From Pseudomonadota bacterium (GTDB lineage Bacteria > Bdellovibrionota_C > UBA2361 > OMII01), in assembly GCA_038134595.1 (NCBI GenBank), contig JAYPVM010000006.1, forward strand, positions 101,864 through 165,863: a DNA stretch of 64,000 nucleotides, read 5' to 3'. The notes under the pieces were generated by a model, which worked only from the letters and a program-made list of their open reading frames with translations, searched no databases and had not been told where the DNA came from. A program made the position numbers and the translations under genes. Each line of letters opens with the position of its first letter. The stretch's first letter is position 1. Of this stretch, positions 63,987 to 64,000 are shown piece after piece.

Positions 63987-64000
63987 CAGAAACGATAACG

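Overview
Bacterial chromosomal segment. RpoB/RpoC, a futalosine-type MqnP-like prenyltransferase and the argS-SPOR-type synteny suggest a deltaproteobacteria-like lineage such as Bdellovibrionota or relatives (inference only). The first ~51 kb is mostly core genome: dnaB; a UbiA-HAD/DprE1/DprE2-like polyprenyl-phospho-arabinose set; menaquinone genes (mqnP-like, ubiE/menG, ubiX); trxA, prmA, purHD; a dcd-tRNA nucleotidyltransferase-argS-like-SPOR operon; secE-nusG-rplKAJL-rpoBC; sufBCD; and tRNA-Trp. Beyond tRNA-Trp lies an accessory region with an AT-rich sulfotransferase and capsule-synthesis-like pair and a GC-richer inorganic-carbon uptake locus (SulP, DabA, DabB, an extra NuoM-like subunit, and divergent DUF2490 barrel and DUF1003 genes). 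Most notable: (1) several intact ORFs that look like enzymes with catalytic motifs erased, above all an ArgRS-like protein without HIGH/KMSKS that is translationally coupled to a tRNA nucleotidyltransferase, plus a Cys-less radical-SAM-like protein with a clamp-binding-like motif and a degenerate GlpD; (2) a divergent stand-alone RelA/SpoT-type synthetase domain directly behind tRNA-Trp; (3) the extended DAB locus. No CRISPR array, integrase, transposase or rRNA was seen. All family calls come from motif recognition by eye, not from database searches.
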